From the NCBI GenBank assembly GCA_964188305.1, contig OZ076895.1: a stretch of DNA of 64,000 nucleotides. One strand, given 5' to 3'. The notes under the pieces are model-generated. The model was not told the origin of the DNA and ran no database searches. It saw only the letters and a list, made by a program, of their open reading frames with translations. A program made the position numbers and the translations under genes. Every line of letters starts with the position of its first letter. Position 1 is the first letter of the stretch. Source of the DNA: Podarcis bocagei (Eukaryota). This document shows, piece by piece, positions 1-12,600 of the stretch.

Positions 1-21
1 CCAACCCTTAGCTTTCCCATA

Positions 22-375
22 CAGTGGTGCCCCGCAAGACGAATGCCTCGCAAGACGAAAAACTCGCTAGACGAAAGGGTTTTGCGGTTTTTGAGCTGCT
101 TCGCAAGACGAATTTCCCTATGGGCTCGCTTCGCAAGACGAAAACGTCTTGCGTTTTTTGCAAGTTTGTTTCCTTTTTCTTAACACCGTTAATACAGTTG
201 CGACTTGACTTCGAGGAGCAACTCATAGAATGTGGTGTGGTAGCCTTTTTTGAGGTTTTTGGTGATTTTTGAAGCTTTTCCAAAACTTTTCCGACACCGT
301 GCTTCGTAAGATGAAAAATTCGCTAGACGAAAAAACTCGTGGAACGAATTAATTTCGTCTTGCGAGGCACCACTG
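22..375. mobile_element. Tigger/pogo-like MITE family A
   Basis: TIR CAGTGGTGCCCCGCAAGACGAA ... TTCGTCTTGCGAGGCACCACTG; TA on both sides. Confidence 0.9.
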
Positions 376-712
376 TAAATAAACCATTCAGCATTTTGCC
401 TCCCTCTGATTCCTGAAGAAAGAAAGAAAAGTTATCATGGTTATAACAGCAGTGTGCCATATTTTCAAATGCTATTCTGAAACTGGATCTTGGCATTGTA
501 ATTCTTTTTTTCTTTTTTTTTGTAGAAATCTTCCTCTGATACTACTGACATCAGTTGGGGGAGACCACTCCTTCATATCCAAGCCCATTCCTCCTCTAGG
601 ACAGATTGACCAATTTGATTTCCCAATTTCTCTAGAAAATGAAAAGTTTCTTCTGGATTTGTTCAGCCAGAGCAACAGAGCACTTCCATCCACTTTAATT
701 GTGCAAACTTAT

Positions 713-841
713 ATGGCTGGCCACATGACCTGGAAGCTGTCTGCGGACAAACGCCGGCTCCCTCGGCCTATAGAGCGAGATGAGCGCGCAACCCCAGAGT
801 CGGTCATGACTGGACCTAATGGTCAGGGGTCCCTTTACCTA
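713..841 (+). mobile_element. Sauria SINE 3' fragment
   Basis: Reverse complement of the tail end of the 16553 copy; ends CCCTTTACCT. Confidence 0.8.
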
Positions 842-984
842 TATGTCTGGTATGCAAATGAATCCCTCCTGCAAAATACAGACAGTCTGGAGGCAGCCTC
901 AAATGTTTGTTTGCACTGTGAGGCATGCAGGTATTTGGGACTGCTTTACAAAAACATGTGTCGCCCATCTTAGTCTTCTTAAAT

Positions 985-1531
985 CAATCGATAAGATATC
1001 ACAACATGAAGTAAGCACTTGCTACAGCTAACTGGAAACTTAGAGATGCTATTTTGCCCACCTCTGATAAGCCTTTTATTGAGCTCTGTTACACTCACAT
1101 CTTTGCAAAAAAATAAAACCAAGATCTGTCTCACTTCATTTAAGAAAGGTTAGTGGGTGACACACTGACTCATGGCCAGAACTTTATCTTCTGTCACCAG
1201 TGCTCAGTGTCCTTGGAAATCTGCTGTCAACAACTCCAGAAATTAGGGAGGGGGCCCAGGGAGGAGAATTTGCACAGTAAAGTCTGGCAGGATGCCAGTT
1301 AGGAAGTTTGCTGTGAGCACTTTGTGCAACCACATGCATTTGGGTAGCCTTTGCTATCTAAGGTCAGGTTTCACATGCTCTCCATTCATTGCCTGCTTTG
1401 GGAGAAGGTAAAAAGGATATATTTTGAATGGCACTCGCTTTTGTCTAATAATGTGGATGAACTGAGCACAGCATAATTTTGTAAAATTGTGTTGCTACGA
1501 CATCAGCATTTATGAGCAACTATTTTTCATC
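985..1531 (+). promoter_or_regulatory. Putative STAB2 proximal promoter/5'UTR with GATA, ETS, AP-1 and MAF-like motifs
   Basis: Apparently repeat-free segment upstream of the ATG. TGATAAG 1065, TTATCT 1184, CTATCT 1354, TGACTCA 1166, AGGAAGT 1301, TGCTGTGAGCA 1309. TSS not determinable. Confidence 0.5.
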
Positions 1532-1612
1532 ATGGCGAAACACTTGGTATTTTTATTTCTCATATCATCTTTAATTACAAATTCCATCACTTTAATGAAA
1601 ACAGCTGAACAG
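1532..1612 (+). CDS. STAB2: STAB2 exon 1 coding part (signal peptide)
   Basis: ATCATGG Kozak; [27 protein letters not shown]; donor CAG|GTAAGT. Confidence 0.9.
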
Positions 1613-3643
1613 GTAAGTAGTGTGCTTTGTTTTCAGATGACGATACCAGAGTTTTTCATAAGGATCCATACTGGATGCCTATAGAGAAAGGAGGAGTAGC
1701 TATGAATAAACCTGTTGGCTGGTATTCAACTAACTTTTACTCGCAGTAGGCTCTCTGAAATTAATGAACATGATGACGTTAGGTCCATTAATTTCAATAG
1801 GTTTTCTCTGCTTAGTTGACTATCTCCCATAAAACACACCTACAGGTGAGAAATTGAGTTTGAACAGGTACAGAGTAAAACAGGCAGAGGACTTGAGCCT
1901 GATCTCTGAGACAGATTTTAGAGCTAATCTTGGACTCTCTTGGCTATTAAGCTCTGAAATGTTGATGTATCCATAGGATTTACTGAGAAGCAGGTTTTTT
2001 TCTGGGGGGACACAGGGGGACGCATACCCCTAAACATTTTGTGAATCTAAGTTTGGCCTCATTGAGGGGCAGTATTTCAATATGAGTAGGAAAATGAGAG
2101 TACCCCTAAACATTTTTTTTAGGAAAAAAGAACTGTAGAAAAGTAAGGTGTCCCAAGGAGCTGGGGTGGAAGGCTCTATGTCAATTTGGGTTCTCTCGGC
2201 TTCTTCTTTTTCTAGTCTTAAATCCAGCTCTCCACATTTCTGCAGCAATTTGCCATCATTTTTTTTTAAAAAATCATCATAAAAATTCCAGATTTCTCCT
2301 AACAAACACATTTTTGCATGCCGTTTTGACTAAAGTACACATTTTGCAAGTTTTACGGTCTGCCCATGAGCACCTGGGTGGCCACTGCGAGGACTAAGTG
2401 GGCCTGTGGCCTCATCCAGCACAGGGCTCTTTCTCAGGTTCTTAGTTTTCCTTCTCTAGCCAGTGGCTTCATGAGCACATTTTTTAAAAAAAATTATTTG
2501 GTCAGGAAAACAGCGCAGAAAAATTGTTAAAACCTCTCCTCCCCTGCACCACATTCCCAGTCCAAGGTCTATTCTTTAGCCAATGCTATTCTTTTTGTGA
2601 ACAAATTAAAAGGCACACAAATGTAACCATGCATTTAACATGTCATTTAGTTTGGCTCTCGGAGGCCTCAGGGCACAATGGGAGGGTAAAGTGCTGCTGT
2701 TCTATTAAGCTCAGCATTTAAGGCATTGTTATTATTCTACCTCCTCCGCTGACTGTAAACTTCTATGACTTCATACATATTATTTGACTCTCTCCACTAA
2801 CCCTGAGCCTCTACTAAATGATTGCCTGGAATAGGCCAGAACCACTGTTAACGTCAACACACCCAACTGCTGCTGAAAGCTCTATTATGACAATAGGTGC
2901 GAATGTGGGCAGCTCTAATTGCCTTAATTCTGTTTTCCCTCACTTCGTTCTCAGGCAAAGAACAAATGTGACGAGAAGGCACTTGTTACCACAAAAACCA
3001 AATGCAGGTCTTGCTCCCTCAACTATGAAATCAGTTGTCCTGAAGGTTATACCAAAATCACCAATAGCTCTGGGATACGGGACTGCAGGTAATTCTTTTG
3101 TTTACTACATATTGATATTGCCAATAAGTAGTTTGGAAGCACGTCCGTGCAAGTAGATAAATGCAGCGGGAAGGTAAACGGTGTTTCTGTCACGGTGTTC
3201 TGTTGTGCCAGAAGCAGTTTAATCATGCTGGCCACATGACCTGGAAAGCTGTCTGTGAACAAATGCCGGTTCCCTTGGCTTGAAAGCAAGATGAGCCCCA
3301 TAGTCGCCTTTGACTGGACTTAGCTGTCCAGGGGTTCTTTACCTTTTACCTTTACTATATGGGATGGCACCTGCTTGCCCTGCTCCTCAGCTTCAAATCC
3401 AGAGAGGCCCTAAAGCTGTTTCTCTTCAAATGTTTTCTGCATATACGACAAACACATGTGTCACAGACTGGCGCACCACAATGGCAGGATCGGCATGTGT
3501 TTGTTACACAGATTGAAAAGATCCTCATGCATACAACTTCACGCACAGACTAAGTCTCCAATATGCAATAGGGAACATTCGTATGTGCTTTTCAAGGCTC
3601 TGGAAGGTGTAGAGAAGAGGCCCCGCTACGCAGGTGCAGCTGA

Positions 3644-3682
<39 letters not shown>

Positions 3683-6600
3683 TCAAATATCATAATGAAA
3701 AAACCTGTGTTGATGGCTGAGCCAGTCACGATTCCCCCCTGCATGGTCGTTGCATAAATGCAAACCATTAAAAGAGCCCCTGAAAATGTAGTTAGCTGAA
3801 GTATGGAATGTCTCAAGGATGGCTAAGCTATTAAGAGATGTTAAGGAAAAGACAGTAGGTTTCTAGGGGAATTGCAGGCCCTTTATTAAATTATTGGGAG
3901 CAGGGCCTGCCCGTGTGGCGTTGTGAGGCAGTCGCCTCAGGGTGGCAGGCTCTGGACAGGACCGCTGCCCATCCACTGTGTTTCTGCTGGCTGCCCCTGC
4001 CACCTGCTCCCGTTCTTGCCTTCTAGGCTTCTTTTACTTCCCGGGCTGCTTCCAGGCAGTGCCTGCTGAGGAGGTGGAGGAGGAGGCAAGGTGTGACATT
4101 TTCAGTTTCATCTGGAGCAGCAAAACATCCTGCCTTTTTTTTTCCTTGGCCATTAGAGCTTTGAGGAGGGGGACCGCAAGTTCCACAGGTGCAATTTCTC
4201 CCTTCAAGTTGATGGGGAAAAGTGCACCTGCTGAATATTGCACTCTGTCATGATCATGGATTTTAAATGGCCAAAAGTCCTGACATCTTACACAACAGCA
4301 ATGGCCGCCTTGTGTAGGAGTGAGAACCTTGCTAAGAATCCAGTGAAAAAGAAGAGCTGAAAGGAGGTTAAGACAAGACTTAAGACAAGCCCTAAACGGC
4401 CTTGGCATAGTACAGTGGTACCTCGGGTTACATATGCTTCAGGTTACATACACTTCAGGTTACAGATTCCACTAACCCAGAAATATTACCTCAGGTTAGG
4501 AACTTTGCTTCAGGATGAGAACAGAAATCGTGCTCCGGCGGCACGGTGGCAGCAGGAGGCCCCATCAGTTTCAGGTTAAGAACGGACCTCCAGAACGAAT
4601 TAAGTACTTAACCCGAGGTACCACTGTACTGTATACTTGAAGGAGCATCTCTAGGCTCATTCAGCCCGGACACTGAGGTCCAGCTCCGAGGGCCTTCTGG
4701 CGGTTCCCTCACTGCGAGGTTACAAGGAACCAGGCAGAGGGCCTTCTTGGTAGTGGCGCCCGCCCTGTGGAATGCCCTCCCACCAGATGTCAAGGAAATA
4801 CTGACTTTTAGAGGCTATCTGAAGGCAGCCCTGTTTAGGGAAGTTTTTAATGTTTGATGTTTTAATGTGTTTTAAATATCCTGTTGGAAGCTGCCAAGAG
4901 TGGCTGGGGAGGCCCGGCCAGATAGGTGGGGGTATAAGTAATAAATTGTTGTTGTTGTTGTTGTTAGACTTTGAAAATAAGGGCAGATAGTTTGTGTAAA
5001 TAGGCCAGTGAAGGGATCTGAGTGGCAGCTTAATAGTGGCATGTAGGCAACTAACTTTTACCCAGAGTAGGCATTTGAAAAATGGCAGGGGTGATTCCTG
5101 CCAAACCTCTACAGACAGAGAGTTCCACAGGGCAGGGCTGCCATGCTAAAGGCCCGGTCTCTAGTGAAGGCTGACAAAACCTCAGGAATGTGGGGAACCA
5201 GCAGAAGCGGCCCATGAGAGGCGCATTTAAAAGGTGGAAGCCTTTTTAGGGAATCAGGTGTTAACTGTGTAACTTTAACAAAACCCCAAATCCTTTTCTT
5301 CCAGGTACTACCTTGAAATCAGGAGTTTTACTCTCTCCCTCCCTGGATGCCGTCACTTATGCATGAGGGAATTCCAGCAGTCTCAATGTTGCCAAGGATA
5401 TTGGGGGCCCGAATGCCTAGGTAAAAGCGTCTTATCGGCATACATCTGCTTTCTCCAACCTGTAGTCCTCCAGATGTTCTTGGGCTGCAGTTCCCGTCAG
5501 CCCCTGTTACACTGGCTACTGGTCTAGTCCACATTCCTGTTGTTAGTGGTAGAGGATATAGCACTTACACTTGAAATGTAAATAAAAAGAGGAAGCCCTT
5601 TTCTTGCCAAGGTTCAGCTATAGAAAAATACTGATAATAATGGTAGTTCTGTGAACTGATACAGAGGACTGGCTACCCCTCTGCTGTAGCTTCAAAACAA
5701 GAGGCAGCCAGGAAATGGAATAAAGTTGTCAGCAGTTTTCAGGTGACTGCTTCACGTGCGCACACACTTTCTTCATTGAGAACAGTCCAGTGCATGAACC
5801 TAAGCACTTTTCTGGATCTTGCTCTCAGAGTCTGAATTGCATTTGGTTAGCCTATTGCAGGCATAGGCAAACTCGGCACTCCAGATGTTTTGGGACTACA
5901 ACTCCCATCATCCCTAGCTAACAGGACCGGTGGTCAGGGATGATGGGAAATGTAGTCTCAAAAACATCTGGAGGACTGAGTTTGGGGGTGCCTGGCCTAT
6001 TGCTTCAGGCCAACCTGAAACATTTTGCTGTTTTAGGCAGATCGTTGCCTGCTACTGATCCTTTTAACTACAGACACAAGGAGTTGAATCTGGTACATTC
6101 TCCTTACAGAGTTCTTGGACTAATGTCAGTGGTCTTCTGTAGCCCATTCTGCAATATGGCACTCCATATTGCCTCTCCAGCAGTGAATGGTTATTTGTTA
6201 CTATTGCATTATTTTTTTAATTTCCTGGATTGCTTCCCATGAGTCTCCTCAAACCAGTGTACAATGATATATATAAAACAGTGACACACATAAAAGTAAT
6301 TTAAAAAAAACATTTTAAAAACAACAGCAGCACATACACAAAATCTGTTCAAAATCAGAGACAGATACCAAGTGGAATAAAGATTTTAGGAGGCTTGTTG
6401 AAAGGCGACTATATTCAACAGGCACCAAAAGGACGAAGAGATAGGCAGTGAGTAGGTGCCACCACACTAAAGGCCCAATTCCGACAGCGTGTGAAGTTGA
6501 CCTCCCAAGAGGATGATCTCCCAAGAGGCCATCTTTTGGGTGTCCTGGTCCCAAGTGGTGTACCAAAACCAGCCCCTTGAACTTCGCCCGTTGGCTAATT

Positions 6601-9600
6601 GGCAGGCAATGCAATTCTTGCAGTAGCAAGGTAATATGATGGCAGTATGCTATCCCAGTGAGCAGTCAAGCCACTGCATTTTGCATTAGCTTCACATTCC
6701 AGGTCAACTCAAGGTCAGCACTACATAGAGCGCATCACAGCAGCCCACTCTTCAGGTTCTTAGTGTAGGTTATGAACTATTGTCCTTTTCCACCTTTCTG
6801 TGATTTCCATTTTCACATCTGGTGGCCCTCCAGATGTTAGCCTGACTGCAGCTGCCATGATTCCTAACTATTGGCTGTGATGGATGGGAGTTGGAGTTGA
6901 ACAACACCTGGAGGGAGACAGGTTCTCCACCCCTTATCTAGGGTGTGCAGCGGTGGTGATGGGGGTGGAGAATTAACCTTGACACTCGCTCTCCCTTTTT
7001 GGGAACTGGAAAAGAACCTGTCTGGGTATAGTGTTTTATATGGTCAGCTGGCAAGCACAACTCCTGTACTGACCCAAAATTCCTATCTGAACAGATTTTA
7101 ACAAGCTCACTGCTCTACTGTAAAGCTCGTCACCATTAAACTGAGTTTTGTTGATGGTTTGTTTTCAGAATGTCCTGGTGGAGCAGCCTTGCCCTGTAAT
7201 AACAAGGGGCGTTGTTTTCAAGGTGTTATCGGAAATGGAACCTGCACCTGCAAGGTATGTGCTTTTTGTTATTACCGCTGAAAAATGGCAGAGAATTAAT
7301 GACCACAGTGTGGCTTTTTAATAATTTTTAGGAAAAACCTGAGTTATGAACTCTGAAGTCTCTGTTTAAATCTCACTTCTGTCATATGCTTAGTAGGGGA
7401 CCTGTCCAATTACACTATGGTCACATTTACACATCACAATAAATCACACAGCTGGGAGGCGGGTTAGGAAACAGCTGCTTTTGATTATTCACAGCTTGCC
7501 ATATCAGCTTGGAAAAGCGAAGAAGAAGAAGAAGAAGAAGAAGAAGAAGAAGAAGAAGAAGAAGAAGAAGAAGAAGAAGAAGAAGAAATTCTTAAGTAAA
7601 CACACACATATGAGAATGGAAGCAAATAAATGAGATGGTTCACTTTACCAGTTTACCAGTGATTAATCTTAGCTGTGGTTTGTTTAAACAAGCCAGCTTC
7701 ATCAGTTATAGAAGTTGGCACATTTGGTGCTAAACATAGTTAACATTCTCCACAGTTTGTTGGACTGCATGGCATGACAAACCATGGTTAAGAAAAAGCA
7801 GAAGCACAAGGTTCTGAACATGTTAGAGGAGGAGGAGGAGAAAGTGGGGGAGAGTGTAAAGCTGGAGACTTGCTGTGCCTTGTTCCTGCATGTTCACATC
7901 ACACTAAACCATAATTTATCATGGCTTGCAAAAGCAGTCATAATGTAGTCATGTTATGAGTTTGCAGCCTGAGTCTTGTATCAGCTGTTATACTTTCGTA
8001 ACCACCCTTATTTTTAAATGCTGCTTCTTGTAGAAAGGCTTTGGTGGAACTGCCTGCGAAAAATGTGCAGAAGACAATCTCTATGGACCTAATTGTACCT
8101 CAGGTATGTCTAGTTTGGGTAGGGTGTTAGGCTCCTTTAAAAATAGAATGTACTAACTCATAAATGAAAGTTCCATTACCGCACAATAGGCTGCAGAGAT
8201 AATGTCCTATTTTGGCATTAGGAAAACATAATCCTTCACTCAAAGCAAATGCTTTTTTCCTATCTAAGTATGCTTCTTAAATGCCATTTATGAGGAGCAT
8301 CCATAATCTGGCAAAACCGCAGGGCTGTCCAAAGGGTTTATCTTGGAATTTAAGGCAGGCCGCCATGCTGTTCATGGGAAGTTGTTCTTGGCAAGAAGAT
8401 ATACCTGAGATATATATCTATGCATCCAGATTATCCCCAAATTCATGTTCATCTGCAGCTGCATGTGTGAAATTGCAGTCATGTAGCCATGTTATTCCCC
8501 ATGTTCCCAGGTTTTTTATTCATGTCACCTAGCAGTTGCCATTCTAAAAGCAGTTGTGTGTGATTATAGATTCTCTATGCACGATTAGATTGTTCAAATT
8601 ACTATTTTGTGCAGCAAAATTGTTATCGTAGAGCAGCCAAGATCTTCCTTGTAGAGTGCTGATGAAGAGGTTGTTACTTGGCTAATGTTGTAACCAGCCC
8701 TGGGACGCTTCTTAAGAATAAGAATGAGAAATAATTCTGAGGCACTAACTACTCTATGCAAAAACAATAAATTGCAGGTGTCTGCACCCTGTCACCCTAG
8801 CTAACCCCGCTGCCAATGCTCCTTAAGCCTTTGTGCAACTCTGTGGAAGCCCAAACTCCATCTTCCTCCTGTGAGAGATTGCAACACTTCAATAATTAAC
8901 ATCCAGGGAGTTTTTACTGAACTTTGAGTTAGGGATTTTAAGATGGTTCTCCTCAATTCCAGCCCAGTGCTTTATCCCCTATTGCACACTGGCTCTCTGC
9001 CATCTACCTGGAGAGGCCAAGGAGTGTACCTGAGACCTTCTGCATGCAAAGCATGTGCTCAACTACTGAGCTGCAGCCCCATCTAACCAAAGAGAAGGTT
9101 TTGCAGGAATTGAGCTTCTGCAGTCTCATACATTAGCCTTTTCTCAGACAGGAATGTTTCCTGTAGATAGCTTCTGTTGTACGTATAGAGGGAAACTGCA
9201 GCAATCAGGATATAGGTTAGTAGGTGCTGACATGCTGAAAATGTATTGAAGACATTTCCTACGGATATTTCCTATGCAGCACGCACAGCTGAGTTGTTCT
9301 GCAAGGCACTTCTAACTAGAAAACAAGTATATGGAACATATTGAAGGTCAGGGCACAAAATGAAATGGGGGGGGGGGAATCCACTTCTGCCCAGAGGTCT
9401 TGGACAAACAGCCATCTCTTAATTCTTCCATCTCATCACCTGTGTAAAAGTAACCTACCTCCCAGAGTTGCTCTGAGGATAAATTATATAAGCATTCTGG
9501 GAAAGCAATGCTGTCAGAATTATTCATAACAATGATCTAGGAGTGTTGCTGACACTGCTGAAAAGTATATAATGAACAGTAGAACATTCAGGATATGCCT

Positions 9601-12600
9601 TTATGCTCCTTTCTGGCAGCCTCTGCTTCCTGCCATGGGGCTTGAAGGTTTCTAGGGACATTGCCAAGTAATTTTAACAATGGGTAAGCAGTTGCGTATT
9701 TAACCACCACTGTATCTGGACAATAGCGGGCCTTCACACAACCTGTGTACCATGAGCAAATCATAGTGAGGCTGGGTTGGGAAGTAGCAAGCCGTATTCT
9801 GTGGTCATAAATTTGTCCTCCACACAGAGCCCCGTGATCCTATTAACTTTTGCATTGAAATATCTGTAGTCTTAAATGTGTAGCTAAAATATTGCCAACT
9901 GCTCTAAAGGCTTCATTCCTGCTCCTAGTATGCAGCTGCATTCATGGAATATGCAACAGTGGGATAACTGGAGATGGAAAATGCACATGTTTGTCTGGAT
10001 ACAAAGGTCCTAGCTGTGACCAACGTAAGTGACACACTTCTGTTCCTGAGCATACGAGATGAGCATACGTAGATGGCAGTCTAATTACGGCAGCTAGGGT
10101 GGCCCAAATTAATGAACAGTTCAACTTGTATAGTGTCATGCCTCAGGGAATCCAATTCCTCCCCCGGTGGGCAGCCAAGAAGTACACATAGATAACAAGA
10201 AGAGTTCTTACCAAGTCCTTTAATCAATATTCACAGAGAGAGGCTTTGAAAAGTGCCTCTCCATTCCAATAATGGCGTTGCTCCGAGTAAAGTCCCACCC
10301 CTCCACCTCTCCTATCATACGTCATCCCTGTGCCGGCTGATCTGTCCTTCTGCCTCTGAGCCTTCCGTTCTCCTACTCTCAATGCTCGCTGGGACCTGGG
10401 AGAAGGGAGTCTGGCATGCTTTCCAAAGACACTAAGTCTGTCAGCTCTTTCTCCTCTGGTGCTTCTTCTTCCTCCTGCTCCTCTCCCAATATTTCCTAGC
10501 TTCTCCCTTCTGCAGCCTCTGAACTGTTACCTTCTGCAAACCACTGTTCTAAATCTATACTGTCTCCCTCTTCTCTGGGAAGTGCAGCAGGAAGAGGGGT
10601 GGCCCCCACCATTCCTCCTCAGTCTAGCCCCTGACATATAGTGACAACGAACAATAAACCATTCAAAGGATCAGATTACAACAAGTGCATCATGCAGGTG
10701 GGCTGCGCTTCTCGAAAACTGTACATGCCAACAGTTTTTCACCACTATTGCCACTAGTATGACAATTGTAGCAGCAGCATATGACAGGTGAGAAAGTTAC
10801 GGAGTAGGTGGAGATGTTATGCAGTGCAGAGCGCTCTGTATCAGTTGTACGTTGTCTCGCTTCCTGGCTTTGGCCACAGCGTAATTAAGACTTCTGTATA
10901 TAACTTGAGAAGATGTTTGAACCCATATAATTAACGGGCCTCTTTCTGTCCTAGCAATCCCTGAATGCCAAGCCTTGCGCTGCCCAGAAAACTCCAGGTG
11001 CTCCGTCTCCAGTCCAGATGAAAGCCAAATGGAATGCAAATGCCTTCCCAACTATGAAGGAGATGGCAAACAGTGTGAACGTAAGTAACTGGGCAGGTTT
11101 AAAACATTTGAAACACAGCAAATGCAGGCAGGTGAGGTCATTTTAATTTCAGCACAAATGAAGCTGCGTTTTCACACACTTTAGTAATGCACATTGTTTC
11201 ACAGCGTTGGTCAATCGGCCGACTCCTGCATAATTTTTAGAGAAAAAGAATTAATATGGATGATGGCCAGTTACCAAATGATAGCTCCTTGTGTTGTGAG
11301 TGTAGCCTGCAGTGGCTGATGGGGAGGTGGCTCTCTGGTGTGTCATCTGGTTTGTCGGTCAGACAATCAAGGGGAAAAGAGAAACTTCTTTTCCCCCTTA
11401 CTGGTAATGGTTAAGAGAGAGTTCTGGAATATGGGGCATCTCAGTCAAACCTGAGTAAGTAATTGGGTATTGACTGCTTACATCACTTGGGGCAGGCTTC
11501 CTCAAACTCGGCCTTCCAGATGTTTTTGAGACTACAATTCCCATCATCCCTAACCACTGGTCCTGCTAGCTAGGGATCGTGGGAGTTGTAGGCCAAAAAC
11601 TTCTGGAGGGCCAAGTTTGAGGAAGCCTGAATTGGGGTTTCTAGCCAGTCAGCAACAGTGCTGAATAAGATGGCTCTGTGGCCAGCTTCTGTTGTTTTGT
11701 GGCAAGGGAGGAGCCTTTGCTCTTCACCCTCAATTGCCCCCCACCCAAAACTGAGGGCATCCATCCTTCTTGGTAAATCATTGTCGGTATCATCCAATCA
11801 AGTGGCAAAGAAACTCCTATTATTCACTTCCTTTCCAGGTCTTTTGTTGTTGTGTAAAAATGAAAACAATCCATGCTTGTTTCTTATTCATTTCTGGTCT
11901 TTATTTACTTCACTGTTTTCTGCAACCCCCAAGCCATCAACCCATGCTCAAAGCAGGTTTGTGATCCTCATGCCGATTGCCTCTACCTTGGACCCAATCA
12001 TCACAAATGTACATGCCAATATGGTTACACGGGAGATGGCGAAGTTTGCATACCAATAGATCCTTGCCAGACAAACTTTGGGGATTGCCCCACCGAGTCT
12101 ACTGTCTGCAAATATGATGGCCCTGGAAAGGTAAGTGCAACTCTGAAATAAATGTTGACCAAATTTTTGGGGAAAGGGTTAAGTGCAGACACACTTCACT
12201 GAGCTGGTTCTCCAAATACTGGCAGTCTCTGGTGGCTGCTTTTCATTATTATTACCGTATTTTTCGCCCCATAAGACGCACCGGCCCATAAGACGCACCT
12301 AGATTTTAGGGGGGGAAATAAAGGAAAAAATTTTTATTTCCCCCCCCAGGTGCGCTGCGCTACACCAGGAGCTTGGGGCGTGCGGAGCTCAGCGCGCCCC
12401 AAGCTTCTGCGTGCCGGCAAGGTCTCCGCTAGCGTGGGAGAGCCGGGCGCCTCTCCCAGGGCTAGCGGACCCCTGCGCTAATCCAGAAGCTTGGGGCAAG
12501 CTGAGGTCAGCGCGCCCCAAGCTTCTGCGTGCCGGCAAGCAGTCCGCTGCCGCCCCAAGTCTCCCGCACCCGGCAGGAGGTCCCGCTGGGTGCGCGAGGC

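Noticed and set aside
5858-5994. pre-miRNA-like hairpin
   Set aside because: Multi-copy with 8-bp TSDs, so it is a hAT MITE; no expression evidence available.
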